IMG/VR virus record: IMGVR_UViG_3300025693_000158 | Location: 1 to 33,886 of that record | From: a virus | Lineage: Duplodnaviria; Caudoviricetes | Length of the DNA stretch: 33,886 nucleotides | Direction: 5' to 3' (one strand) | Shown: positions 7,934 to 16,782 of the stretch, one piece after another | How the letters are laid out: each line of letters opens with the position of its first letter | How positions within the stretch are numbered: the first letter of the stretch is position 1 | Position numbers and translations under genes: made by a program | The notes under the pieces: model-generated | Seen by the model: only the letters and a program-made list of their open reading frames with translations | Databases searched by the model: none | What the model was told of the DNA's origin: nothing

Positions 7934-8853
7934 ACAACTTTACCGACAATTTTAATTTTTTGAGCGAATCTAGCCTTAAAAGCCAAGATTTCAGCGAAAA
8001 AACTGAATTTTTAATTGAGGGATTTCTAGCCAAAAGGATGATCACACTTATTTATGCAGACGGAGGCAACGGTAAAAGCTGGTGCAACTTCGCTATTGCT
8101 AAACATTGCGCTCAAATTGGGCAACGCGTAATTTATTTAGATTTCGACAACCCATTGTCGGTATTGATTGACCGTAATGTTGATAAATTACTTGTTAGTC
8201 AACACGACAATTTAAGCTATATACAGCGTTCTAAATACCCACATACCCCACAAGAACTGCTTGAACAGTTAAATAATCAAGCTGTAGGTCAAATCTTTGA
8301 GGGTTGGGTCTTTTTATTCGACAGTTTACGCAACTTTGTTAACGTAAAAAACGACCATCAATCCATGGAAACCATGACCAAAATAATGAACTTGCGTGAA
8401 GCTGGCGCAACCGTCGTTATTTTGCACCACTCAAACAAAGATGGGCGAAATTACGAGGGTTCTAACAATATTCGTAACTCGGTAGATAACATTTATCAGC
8501 TTGAAAAGCTCGACGGTGAAAACGGTGAAATAAACATGCATTTACGCGTACAAAAAGAGCGTTCAAGCATTTTTGATTGCGCCTATCGGGTTGATGCTAA
8601 CACGTTGTCATTTACCCCTTTAGATATTGCTAGCGCCACTATGAGCAGCGAACAAGAAGAATTTGTTGAAGCCGTCACCGAAGAACTTAAAACTTATGGC
8701 GCAACCAATAAAACTGCCTTACTACAAGCCGCAGGTCGTAAAAAAGATGATAAAACCGCCCGTGGTTGGCTAGACCAATTTGAGGGGAAATATTGGTCAA
8801 GTGCAAAAATCAGTGGCGTGTTCACTTATGAGTTAGTAGCAGAACATGCGTAA
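7930..8853 (+). CDS. AAA_25/RepA-like P-loop ATPase with C-terminal wHTH-like domain
   Basis: Walker A ADGGNGKS, YLDFDN, FLFDSL, ILHHSNK, YEGSN. Confidence 0.8.
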   Translation: MNNFTDNFNFLSESSLKSQDFSEKTEFLIEGFLAKRMITLIYADGGNGKSWCNFAIAKHCAQIGQRVIYLDFDNPLSVLIDRNVDKLLVSQHDNLSYIQRSKYPHTPQELLEQLNNQAVGQIFEGWVFLFDSLRNFVNVKNDHQSMETMTKIMNLREAGATVVILHHSNKDGRNYEGSNNIRNSVDNIYQLEKLDGENGEINMHLRVQKERSSIFDCAYRVDANTLSFTPLDIASATMSSEQEEFVEAVTEELKTYGATNKTALLQAAGRKKDDKTARGWLDQFEGKYWSSAKISGVFTYELVAEHA

Positions 8854-9433
8854 GGTCGACTTTATTCAACATGTCATTATTCGCAGCCTACCACCATTAG
8901 ATAAAGTGGCGGCTGGTGTGGCTTATGCCGAATCGTTATGGAATAGCATATCTAGCTTAGGCTATGGCGCACCTAATCAAGGTAATCCGTCACAACCACG
9001 TGATATTACTAACCAAAATTACTACAAAAATCTAAGCCAACATCAAAAAGAGTGGTTCGACAAGTTCTGGAAAGCGTTTAACTACAAACATGATCGCAAT
9101 GGTGCAGCAATGCGTTTCTCGCAACTGGGCGAACTAACTGAACAAGAATATAAAACTATCGTTGATGCTGCGAAAAAAGAGGCACATAGAACCTTGCCTC
9201 ATGGTCAATCACGAAAAATGGCACAAGGCTGGTTAGCTGAAATGCGTTACCAAGACCATCAATTAAATAACAGTAAAGTCAGCAGTAACAACCAATTACA
9301 ACAGCGTTTCAGTGTATTAAACGGTGAGTTGCAAAGTGTTCAACGCCTTTATTCATACAAAAAAACGCCTGAACTGGCTGAGCAAATTAGCAAAATAGAA
9401 CAAAAACTAAAGGAGTTAAATTATGAAGTATAA
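8846..9433 (+). CDS. Hypothetical protein (possible replication-associated)
   Basis: 195-aa ORF overlapping the ATPase stop. FDKFWKAF...AQGWL resembles phage initiator C-termini. Confidence 0.6.
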   Translation: MRKVDFIQHVIIRSLPPLDKVAAGVAYAESLWNSISSLGYGAPNQGNPSQPRDITNQNYYKNLSQHQKEWFDKFWKAFNYKHDRNGAAMRFSQLGELTEQEYKTIVDAAKKEAHRTLPHGQSRKMAQGWLAEMRYQDHQLNNSKVSSNNQLQQRFSVLNGELQSVQRLYSYKKTPELAEQISKIEQKLKELNYEV

Positions 9434-9578
9434 CTTTACAGCATCATGGATTAAAAACCGCCCAGCTTACTGGATAAATGGTATACGAGTATCAAGAAAA
9501 AAAGGGTATGAACATTCTTTTACTAAAGATTGCCCATTACCCGAACAGTTTCATGAGTGGCATAAAAAACACGATTAA
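9423..9578 (+). CDS. Small hypothetical protein (51 aa)
   Basis: Not in ORF track. AGGAG RBS, MKYNFTASWIKNRPAYWING...KKHD. Confidence 0.6.
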   Translation: MKYNFTASWIKNRPAYWINGIRVSRKKGYEHSFTKDCPLPEQFHEWHKKHD

Positions 9579-9591
9579 TAAGGAGAACCCC

Positions 9592-9840
9592 ATGAAACAA
9601 ACAAAGCTTAGTTCATTACTTGAATCATTCACCAATATCGCCATCGGCTATTTTGTCGCGCTATTGTCACAATTGGTTATCTTTCCACAATTTGGCATTA
9701 ACGTATCGCTAGAAACTAATTTACTTATAGGTGTATGGTTTACCGTGGTTTCATTGGTGCGCAGCTATGTTATCAGGCGGTATTTTAACGCCAGAATACA
9801 TCAAGCAGTTGTAACGGTTTCCAAGGTTGTTAGTAAATAA
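9592..9840 (+). CDS. Two-TM phage membrane protein
   Basis: MKQTKLSSLLESFTNIAIG...SLVRSYVIRRYFN; AAGGAG RBS precedes ATG 9592. Confidence 0.75.
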   Translation: MKQTKLSSLLESFTNIAIGYFVALLSQLVIFPQFGINVSLETNLLIGVWFTVVSLVRSYVIRRYFNARIHQAVVTVSKVVSK

Positions 9841-9927
9841 CCTACAACTGCCAAATAACACCATACGCCCCTTAATTGGGGTTTTGTGATGAAAATGGTT
9901 CTTAATTAACTTACATCGAGGTTCAAA

Positions 9928-10023
9928 ATGAGTAATGAAAACAATGCAGAAAATGAAATAAGACGAGTTGCTACCATGCATGGCTTTTGGACTGGCGTTA
10001 TTGTTGCTAGTTTGTTTTGGTAG
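9928..10023 (+). CDS. Putative 31-aa peptide with hydrophobic C-terminus
   Basis: GAGGT RBS; MSNENNAENEIRRVATMHGFWTGVIVASLFW. Confidence 0.45.
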   Translation: MSNENNAENEIRRVATMHGFWTGVIVASLFW

Positions 10024-10044
10024 GTTGCATCGTGAATGCTAAGC

Positions 10045-10066
10045 AAGCCGCTTAATTGCGGTTTTT
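10045..10066 (+). terminator. Rho-independent terminator
   Basis: AAGCCGC-TTAATT-GCGGTTTTT. Confidence 0.55.
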
Positions 10067-10098
10067 GGGTGAAAGCATTACTTGTAAAAAAAGTAAAG

Positions 10099-10128
10099 TT
10101 GACAATTCGCCTTGTTCGAAGCTATCCT
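10099..10128 (+). promoter_or_regulatory. Sigma70 promoter of the C4/Rha cassette
   Basis: TTGACA-N18-TATCCT. Confidence 0.6.
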
Positions 10129-10254
10129 AAAAAGGCAAGTGCAAAATCACTTGTCGGGATTGACGTTCCGAACATTAAACGGCGTATAGTCGCCAACTTT
10201 ATTTGTTTAATAAATAAGTTGGTTTTTTTATGCGTAAAATCTAGTTTTCCGTTA

Positions 10255-10328
10255 TGGCGGACTAGGTGAGGGGAACTTTTGTTCCGCCGTTTCGTTTAGC
10301 GGTTACGTCAACCTTGCTTAGTTCGCCA
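10255..10328 (+). ncRNA. C4/CI-like antisense RNA
   Basis: 17-bp closing stem TGGCGGACTAGGTGAGG/CCTTGCTTAGTTCGCCA (with G-U pairs) and two inner hairpins. Single-stranded CGTTTA and ACGTCAA are complementary to flanking target pairs. Confidence 0.75.
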
Positions 10329-10378
10329 CCAGTATTGACGTGCTTGTGGTGATTTATAAAATCATAAACGGAGGCTTT

Positions 10379-11146
10379 ATGCCACACAATCACTCTACCT
10401 TTAAAGGGTTAGTTACCTTAGAAGACGACCAACCGATAACCACCTCACTTAAAATTTCCGAAGTATTTGGCAAACAACATAAAAATATAATTCAAAAACT
10501 TGAAAGTCTTGACTGTTCGGCAGAGTTTAACGAGCTTAATTTTAAGCTGGTTGATTTTTTAGACAAAAAGGGTGAATCCAGAAAAGCTTACTCAATGACC
10601 AAAGACGGCTTCATGTTCTTGGTAATGAGCTTCACTGGCAAACAAGCGGCACAAATAAAAGAATCTTACATCAACGCTTTTAATGAAATGCAAAACCAAC
10701 TTGTAGGTAGTCTTGATACATTCACCGTTAGCGGTACAGATTACATGGTACTGCAAGAGCGCAATAGCCAGTTACAACATGAATTACTCAATTTATACCG
10801 CGATAAAGTCAGCACAATAGAAGTAAACCAAGCTGATCATACTCACAACAAAATACAACAAGTCGCTCAGCAATACCACAATAAAAAACAACGTCTACAA
10901 AAAACAAAAGACCGTGTTAATGCAGAGCTTGAGCAAATAGAGCAAGAATTTATTGAGAAAACCAAAGCCGTAATACTGCTTAACCCAAACATCAATAAAA
11001 GCAAGCTGTTATCGGCACTAGGGCGAAAAAAAGACGATAAAACCGCCCGTAACTTATTGGACTTGTTTGATGGTGAATATTGGCTAGGAACTAAGCGAGG
11101 CGGTGTTTTCGCTTATAATCTTGTCAGCAAAGGAGGTGAAGCATGA
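10379..11146 (+). CDS. Rha-family regulator with extra C-terminal domain
   Basis: TTSLKISEVFGKQHKNII...YSMTKDGFMFLVMSFTGKQAAQIKESYINAFNEM; GGAGG RBS before ATG 10379. Confidence 0.9.
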   Translation: MPHNHSTFKGLVTLEDDQPITTSLKISEVFGKQHKNIIQKLESLDCSAEFNELNFKLVDFLDKKGESRKAYSMTKDGFMFLVMSFTGKQAAQIKESYINAFNEMQNQLVGSLDTFTVSGTDYMVLQERNSQLQHELLNLYRDKVSTIEVNQADHTHNKIQQVAQQYHNKKQRLQKTKDRVNAELEQIEQEFIEKTKAVILLNPNINKSKLLSALGRKKDDKTARNLLDLFDGEYWLGTKRGGVFAYNLVSKGGEA

Positions 11147-11349
11147 GCAACCTAACTCAATTAGCTAACGAATTAGAAGATCAAATAAAATTAGTCCGCT
11201 TTTTATCTGATGCACTTACCGTGTGGGACACGCAAGCATTAGACTTTCAAACCGACTGTTGCCAAGTTATGGGTAATCTGCTCTTTGAAAGCACGGTAAA
11301 ATCACGGGATATTATTAAACAGCTACAAAAGCAAGGTGAAGGTGACTAA
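11143..11349 (+). CDS. Hypothetical protein coupled to Rha
   Basis: ATGA overlap with the Rha stop; GGAGGT RBS. Confidence 0.7.
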   Translation: MSNLTQLANELEDQIKLVRFLSDALTVWDTQALDFQTDCCQVMGNLLFESTVKSRDIIKQLQKQGEGD

Positions 11350-11369
11350 ACGATAAAACCCTACCACAC

Positions 11370-11414
11370 GCCCTATGCTTGTTGGCTTTGAGCTATACAA
11401 CCATAGGGCTTTTT
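11370..11414 (+). terminator. Rho-independent terminator
   Basis: GCCCTATG...CATAGGGC followed by TTTTT. Confidence 0.6.
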
Positions 11415-11515
11415 ATTATTTGCGCTTACAACCCTAAATACACTTATTTCTTGTTCCTATTAATCACTTTTGTTAGAGTTTATAACTTCACTATACTTAA
11501 AAATAAAGGATTAAT

Positions 11516-11758
11516 ATGAAAATACTCAAGGCTTTAGCTGTAACGACTCTTTTAATTGGCGTATCGGTAACTGCACAAGCAAGCACGGAAACCGATGTTT
11601 TAGAGCGTAAAATTAAAGAAATGCGGAAAGACTATAAAGTGCTTGCTGATAAATATAGCAAGTTACGAAAAGAACATAATCAACTAAAGTTTAAAGCGAG
11701 TAAATTACAGGAATGTAATGATAAAAAGCCAAAGTTACCAAAAGAAGAACTTTGGTAA
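11516..11758 (+). CDS. Secreted coiled-coil moron protein
   Basis: Sec-type signal peptide (MKILKALAVTTLLIGVSVTAQA|S) and Lys-rich heptads; flanked by terminators. Confidence 0.7.
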   Translation: MKILKALAVTTLLIGVSVTAQASTETDVLERKIKEMRKDYKVLADKYSKLRKEHNQLKFKASKLQECNDKKPKLPKEELW

Positions 11759-11775
11759 AAATGCCCTTAGCAATT

Positions 11776-11800
11776 AGTCCTGACCATTCAGGGCTTTTTT
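11776..11800 (+). terminator. Terminator between convergent moron and head operon
   Basis: AGTCCTGA-CCAT-TCAGGGCT-TTTTT. Confidence 0.6.
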
Positions 11801-12254
11801 AATTATCTTGAAAATGCTCAACCGCCAAGTCTAAAATACCATCTTTCACATCATCAGTAATATCGCCATTTTCATCAAACGGCAAAAAGGGTCGGGCAAC
11901 AATTTTACCATCTTCGGTGCCAAACTGATGCACCGCTGGGTAAGCATAGCCATCCGATGTTGCATTAAAGCCAATGGCTGCACCGCTATTATCACCAAAG
12001 GCAATAAGCGATTCTTGCATTTTACCTTTTTCATACAGCGCCTTACCTTTTTTATGGGCTAGCGTGCTTGCCGATAAAGGTTGCCAAGTACTACCATCAA
12101 GTGGACTTGTTTCAGTCTCAAACGCTTCTTCGGTAGTATTGAGTAATAAATTAGCCACACTATTAAAAAACGGGGCTAGCTGCTCACCTTTACGCTGATA
12201 CTTGCCAATGGCCGTTAATACTTCATCAATATTGCTGGTTACGTTAACTTGCAT
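11799..12254 (-). CDS. Virion morphogenesis/tail completion protein (Mu G / P2 S family)
   Basis: FETETSPLDGSTWQPLS, YPAVHQFG, IVARPFLP. ATG 12254 preferred. Confidence 0.88.
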   Translation of the reverse strand: MQVNVTSNIDEVLTAIGKYQRKGEQLAPFFNSVANLLLNTTEEAFETETSPLDGSTWQPLSASTLAHKKGKALYEKGKMQESLIAFGDNSGAAIGFNATSDGYAYPAVHQFGTEDGKIVARPFLPFDENGDITDDVKDGILDLAVEHFQDN

Positions 12255-12372
12255 ATTTTTACTCAACCCATTCAATAAATAAGCTATACTTAAAGCGGTA
12301 GAGAATGTTGGTTGCAATAGGTGAGTGATTTACACCCTGCAAAAGACCAAGCCGTTTAATCACCTCTACCGA

Positions 12373-13548
12373 CTAACCTTTCTTGTATATCAGTTTGTCT
12401 TTTCGTCGCTTTTCAGTTTGTGCATTATTGTCTAATACATACGTGGTAACGCTAATGGTTTTATCTTGTTGGTATTCAAATAACGCCACAAAGCCTTTTT
12501 GCTTGCCTTGTTCGGTCACAAAATAACGGAACATTTTTTTTACCAAACGTGTTTCACCCGTTTTTAAAGTTTCAGCTTCAATATAAATCTCATCGGGATC
12601 ACTAATAGTTTTAGCCAATTCATCAATATAAAGTTTTCGCTTATCTCGTTTTAACTTACTTTTATTGGTGGTGGTTGCATTAAATAAATCATCATCAATA
12701 AACATAGGATCGCCCACTTTATCAATGTGCAAAGCACCTTTTTTAGTGCCTAGTGTTTGATAAAAACGCGCTTTTAATTGTTCATCACTTAGCTTATTTA
12801 ATGCTGGGTTAGGTTTTAGTAACGACAAACCACTCCCTAAGTTAAGTGGCGCGAGTTTTGCCACTTTAGCCCCTGCACCTACATCGTAAGCCCAATCTTT
12901 ATCAGCAACTGAATCAGGTGCTTTTTTACTGACAGTCATCCCTTTTTTCTTTGCCTGCTTTTCACTGTAAGCACGCACTTTACAATGACAGTTCCATCCG
13001 TTCGGTGGATAATTGGTTTGCCAAAACGGATCGTCGCGGTGTAATAACGTACCGTTTATTTTTTCATGGGCATCACGCGAGTTAGGCAAAAACATTGAAC
13101 TGTAACGCCAGTAAACCTCCAATGTTAATTTGCCCATACTGTCATGGCGTTGCACACTATAAGCCACGCGCATGTTGGTATTAAAAATTGTACGTAAACG
13201 CCTAGCGCCAATATATACCTCTTTCACTTCACCCGTTTTAGGGGTCACTATTTCTTTATTACCCCACCAGCCTTTTTTTTGTAGCGTGGGCTTTAGTTTT
13301 TTTTGCCAATCACTGAACGTTTCGCCAGAGGCTTGCGCCTCTTTAAGGCTAGTAAAAATATCATTAAGCAAATCAACACGGGTTACTTTGGCAACAGTAA
13401 AGCTTTTATGATGCGCCCCATGTTGCATTTCATCATAATCAAACGTTAGATTAAAACCTTTGTTATTAAGGTATTCTTGGGCTTTTACGGGCTTTAATTT
13501 AAAATCAAAGTTAATGTTAGGCTTAGCCGTTGGCATACTACTTTCCAC
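12373..13548 (-). CDS. Mu F-like minor head protein with C-terminal PBECR2-like nuclease domain
   Basis: RRLRTIFNTN, RDAH, FWQTNYPPNGWNCHCKV. C-terminal extension LAKTISDPDEIY...KRRKDKLIYKK. Confidence 0.85.
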   Translation of the reverse strand: MESSMPTAKPNINFDFKLKPVKAQEYLNNKGFNLTFDYDEMQHGAHHKSFTVAKVTRVDLLNDIFTSLKEAQASGETFSDWQKKLKPTLQKKGWWGNKEIVTPKTGEVKEVYIGARRLRTIFNTNMRVAYSVQRHDSMGKLTLEVYWRYSSMFLPNSRDAHEKINGTLLHRDDPFWQTNYPPNGWNCHCKVRAYSEKQAKKKGMTVSKKAPDSVADKDWAYDVGAGAKVAKLAPLNLGSGLSLLKPNPALNKLSDEQLKARFYQTLGTKKGALHIDKVGDPMFIDDDLFNATTTNKSKLKRDKRKLYIDELAKTISDPDEIYIEAETLKTGETRLVKKMFRYFVTEQGKQKGFVALFEYQQDKTISVTTYVLDNNAQTEKRRKDKLIYKKG

Positions 13549-15106
13549 CTACATTAACGTCGTTTTCCACTTCAACCTCTGCATTACCAAGTAGTTGGCT
13601 ATTAGCAATCGCTGTAAACAAGGCATTTTCTAGTTTATCTAGCGGCATATCTTGATATAAACCAAGCAATACTTGATAAGCACCTTCATAGCTATTAGCT
13701 TGTTTAAGTGCCGTTTCAACGGCGTTTACTAAGTTGTTTTCAATGGTTTTAGTATCAACGTTTTGTGCATCTAAAAAATCGTGCGGCTTAGGTAAATTAT
13801 TAGCGTTATTTTCACTTTTAGCTTTATTATTAGGTAAGGCACCACAGCTACAGGGCTTATTTTGTATATGATTGTCTGATTTTTCTGGTACCGTATTTTG
13901 TGGAGCTTTGACTTGTGACTCTACAGGCTCTTTTTTACCAATAATTTTAAGCCCGAACTTTTCTTGAATATCATCAACATCAAGTTCAAAGCCTGAGTCG
14001 CTCAAGTTTTTAACTACCTCACTCAGCATTTTTAAATCTTTCTTTTCTTTAAAAGGAAAAGTAAATTTAACACCTTGCGCATTACTAAAGTTTAAGGCTT
14101 CTAACTTGGTTAAATAGTCACTGAGGGTTTTAGCGATTAACCGAGCATCAAATTGTAGTACTTCTTTTTGGCGATTCTCATGAGTTTGGCTTTGCGCTTT
14201 GCTGCCATTCTTCCCCTCACCAGTAGATAATGTATTACCTAAAACAAAGGTGGCAATTTGTCGGTCAATATATTCAATAAAGGCTAAAAAATCGGCTTTA
14301 TTATCAATTTTTAAATATTCAATAATGTCATCGGTATTAAACACACCAACGCTTGACGACTTTAAATCGTATAACGTATTAATTAATTCATCTTCGTCAC
14401 CACTGGTTTTAGCGATTAAGGGTGGTGTCGCTACGTTGTCAAAATATTGTAGATTATGCGCGAGTACAATGTGCTTTAAACTGAAATACCACACCAGTTT
14501 ACTGGCAACACTAAAGTCAGTAATTTCGCCAATATCAATCGAATGCTTATGAAACACCATGCGATCAGGGTCTATTTTATTAATAAATAGCTTTTTATCC
14601 CCTTGCTTAACATAAAGGTGATCAATAGTTTCCTGTAACTTTTTATCTTTATGCGCATATAAATAGCGTGGCGATATTAATTTAAACGCTGGCTTTAATT
14701 TATGCTCAAATGGTGTGTACGAAACATCAGTAAGCGAAACGCCATAATAAATAGCCGATGAAAGTTGATTGATTAACTCACCCATATCAACATTTTTAGC
14801 TAGCCATTCTTTAAATTGCTCATTCTTAGTTTCAATCGTGTAATCAAGTCCAAGTAATGGTTGGCGACGAGACAATACCACGCTAGATATTTTCAAATCA
14901 CGCATCATGTAGAAGTACAAACTTTGCATTTGCGCAAAGTCTTCCTCTTCTAAAATGGTTTTAATCGTTGCAATATTGAGTGTACCGAAAGGCTCATGTT
15001 TATCTTCCAACTGCAAAGTAATGGTTTTGCCTTTAGGTGTTTTTGTTGTGCCTGTTTTTTCGGTGCTGTTTTTAGAATGCGTTTTTTTTGAAGTAAACCA
15101 TTTCAT
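13538..15106 (-). CDS. Portal protein (Mu gp29/DUF935)
   Basis: MMRDLKISSVVLSRR, FIEYIDRQIATFVLGNTLS..GSKAQSQTHE. Confidence 0.88.
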   Translation of the reverse strand: MKWFTSKKTHSKNSTEKTGTTKTPKGKTITLQLEDKHEPFGTLNIATIKTILEEEDFAQMQSLYFYMMRDLKISSVVLSRRQPLLGLDYTIETKNEQFKEWLAKNVDMGELINQLSSAIYYGVSLTDVSYTPFEHKLKPAFKLISPRYLYAHKDKKLQETIDHLYVKQGDKKLFINKIDPDRMVFHKHSIDIGEITDFSVASKLVWYFSLKHIVLAHNLQYFDNVATPPLIAKTSGDEDELINTLYDLKSSSVGVFNTDDIIEYLKIDNKADFLAFIEYIDRQIATFVLGNTLSTGEGKNGSKAQSQTHENRQKEVLQFDARLIAKTLSDYLTKLEALNFSNAQGVKFTFPFKEKKDLKMLSEVVKNLSDSGFELDVDDIQEKFGLKIIGKKEPVESQVKAPQNTVPEKSDNHIQNKPCSCGALPNNKAKSENNANNLPKPHDFLDAQNVDTKTIENNLVNAVETALKQANSYEGAYQVLLGLYQDMPLDKLENALFTAIANSQLLGNAEVEVENDVNVGGK

Positions 15107-15264
15107 TTTGAATAATCCGTTTGAATCAATGTTTGAGCTAATATAAGGCGATTTAAGCCGCTTAATGTTTTTATTGGTACATTGTTAGGTAAAAGCTACC
15201 TAAACACTTTCTCGTTAATCGTAAACGCGTTTTAAACGCTCTATAACTCTCACTTATAATGTAC

Positions 15265-16767
15265 TTATGCATATTTTTGTTTGAACTGTCTAAAATTGCG
15301 TTTTTTAAGCTTTTCGCGTACTTCTTTATAATTCATATTGCCGCCACGCCTAAAAATTCGATACGCCATTTCTAGTGCGTCTAATAAATCATCGTGTGCT
15401 GAACTTGGATAAGTATCTAACTCTTCAATCAGCAGATGATCAGCCGAGTGAATTAAAATTGTTCCGTCATTGACTAAAGGCGCAATTGAATCAATCCTTA
15501 ATGCTTTGGGAGCGGTATTTCTCAACTCTTTTACTGATAGCGGAATGCCAATACTTAACGCTTCTTTTTTTAATACGTCTTTAAAGAATTCTTGAAACTG
15601 TACAACTTCACAGGCGATGGTGGTCGGTGCTATTTTGCTAAGGCGAGAATACAGCGCAATAATTCGTCCAATGAGTTTAACGGGCGACATGCGATAACCT
15701 TTTACTGAAGCGTAAAATTTATCACCTTTTTTCCCTAAAGCAGCAACACCGAAATAGTCGCCTTTCTTCTTGCCCATAGCAGGATCTAATCCAATCCAGT
15801 AAATATCACACTTTGGCATTCTGTCGAATAGTTCGTAAGCCTCGAATAATAAGCCATCCTTGCTAATTGGCGTATTTTGAAACTCAGACATAAACGAGTC
15901 TTTGTCTTCAAAATACTCATCCATGACTTCTTGACCATCAATTTCAGGGTCATCTAATACTAAGCCCTCAATACTGTCGGGATTATCAACATCATCGGGG
16001 AATTGAATAACTAAGGGAAAATTGTAACTTTCAAAGTCTTTTCGTTTTTCAAGCCGTTTTAATAAACCGTCATTATGTAAAATAGTGCCAACCACTAATA
16101 AGCGATAAGACTTTTTACGTGAAGGTAATTTCAATACTGCTTTTTTAAACCAATTTTCTAATTTGTCGCGTTGGGCTTTGCTTTCTACCTGTTCATCATT
16201 TTCAACATCATCAAGCACTATATAGTCAGGTCGGTAACTTAAAAATTTAATACCCCGTAACTTTTTACCAGCACCATAGCCCACTAATTTACATAAGTGG
16301 CCATCAACATCGATCACTAATTCTTTTTCGCGCCATGTTCCTGGCAAAGAAATATTAAAATCATGTTTAAAGTTTTGGTTATCTTCTAACTCGGTTTTAT
16401 ATAATTCAAAGATAAGCCCTGCGAGTGTATCGGTTGAACTTACCAACACACCGAAACGAATTTCTTTTTTAGCTAATTGCCAAAGAGTAAATAATTGCGT
16501 AATCGTGGTGGTTTTAGCAGCTCCTCGATAAGCAGTAAATAACATTTTTTTATGTTTTTTACTTAAACTGTCTAAGTCGTTATGAATAAACTTTCTAAAT
16601 GTTGAGGTTTCAATTTCGGTGTGATCAACATGATGGTGAAAATAAGTTTTAATGAAAAACCAAAAGTCATTTTTTGCACGTTCAACACGAGACTCTTTAT
16701 CTTGATCGGCAAGACGAGGCAAACTTTGCAAATAGAGCGTTAATTCATTTATTTCCTGTTTATTCAT
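15265..16767 (-). CDS. Terminase large subunit
   Basis: YRGAAKTT, RPDYIVLDDVEND, VGTILH, SEFQNTP, GLDPA, HDDLLDAL. Confidence 0.93.
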   Translation of the reverse strand: MNKQEINELTLYLQSLPRLADQDKESRVERAKNDFWFFIKTYFHHHVDHTEIETSTFRKFIHNDLDSLSKKHKKMLFTAYRGAAKTTTITQLFTLWQLAKKEIRFGVLVSSTDTLAGLIFELYKTELEDNQNFKHDFNISLPGTWREKELVIDVDGHLCKLVGYGAGKKLRGIKFLSYRPDYIVLDDVENDEQVESKAQRDKLENWFKKAVLKLPSRKKSYRLLVVGTILHNDGLLKRLEKRKDFESYNFPLVIQFPDDVDNPDSIEGLVLDDPEIDGQEVMDEYFEDKDSFMSEFQNTPISKDGLLFEAYELFDRMPKCDIYWIGLDPAMGKKKGDYFGVAALGKKGDKFYASVKGYRMSPVKLIGRIIALYSRLSKIAPTTIACEVVQFQEFFKDVLKKEALSIGIPLSVKELRNTAPKALRIDSIAPLVNDGTILIHSADHLLIEELDTYPSSAHDDLLDALEMAYRIFRRGGNMNYKEVREKLKKRNFRQFKQKYA

Positions 16768-16782
16768 TACAACTGTTACAAC

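Noticed and set aside
9478-9591. N-terminal extension of the 120-aa ORF
   Set aside because: Overlaps the 9423-9578 ORF; a strong RBS precedes ATG 9592.
10036-10269. 77-aa ORF with Ash-like motif (AKSLVGIDVP)
   Set aside because: Starts upstream of the terminator and promoter with no clear RBS. The apparent conservation is explained by the RNA target elements, though translation cannot be fully excluded.
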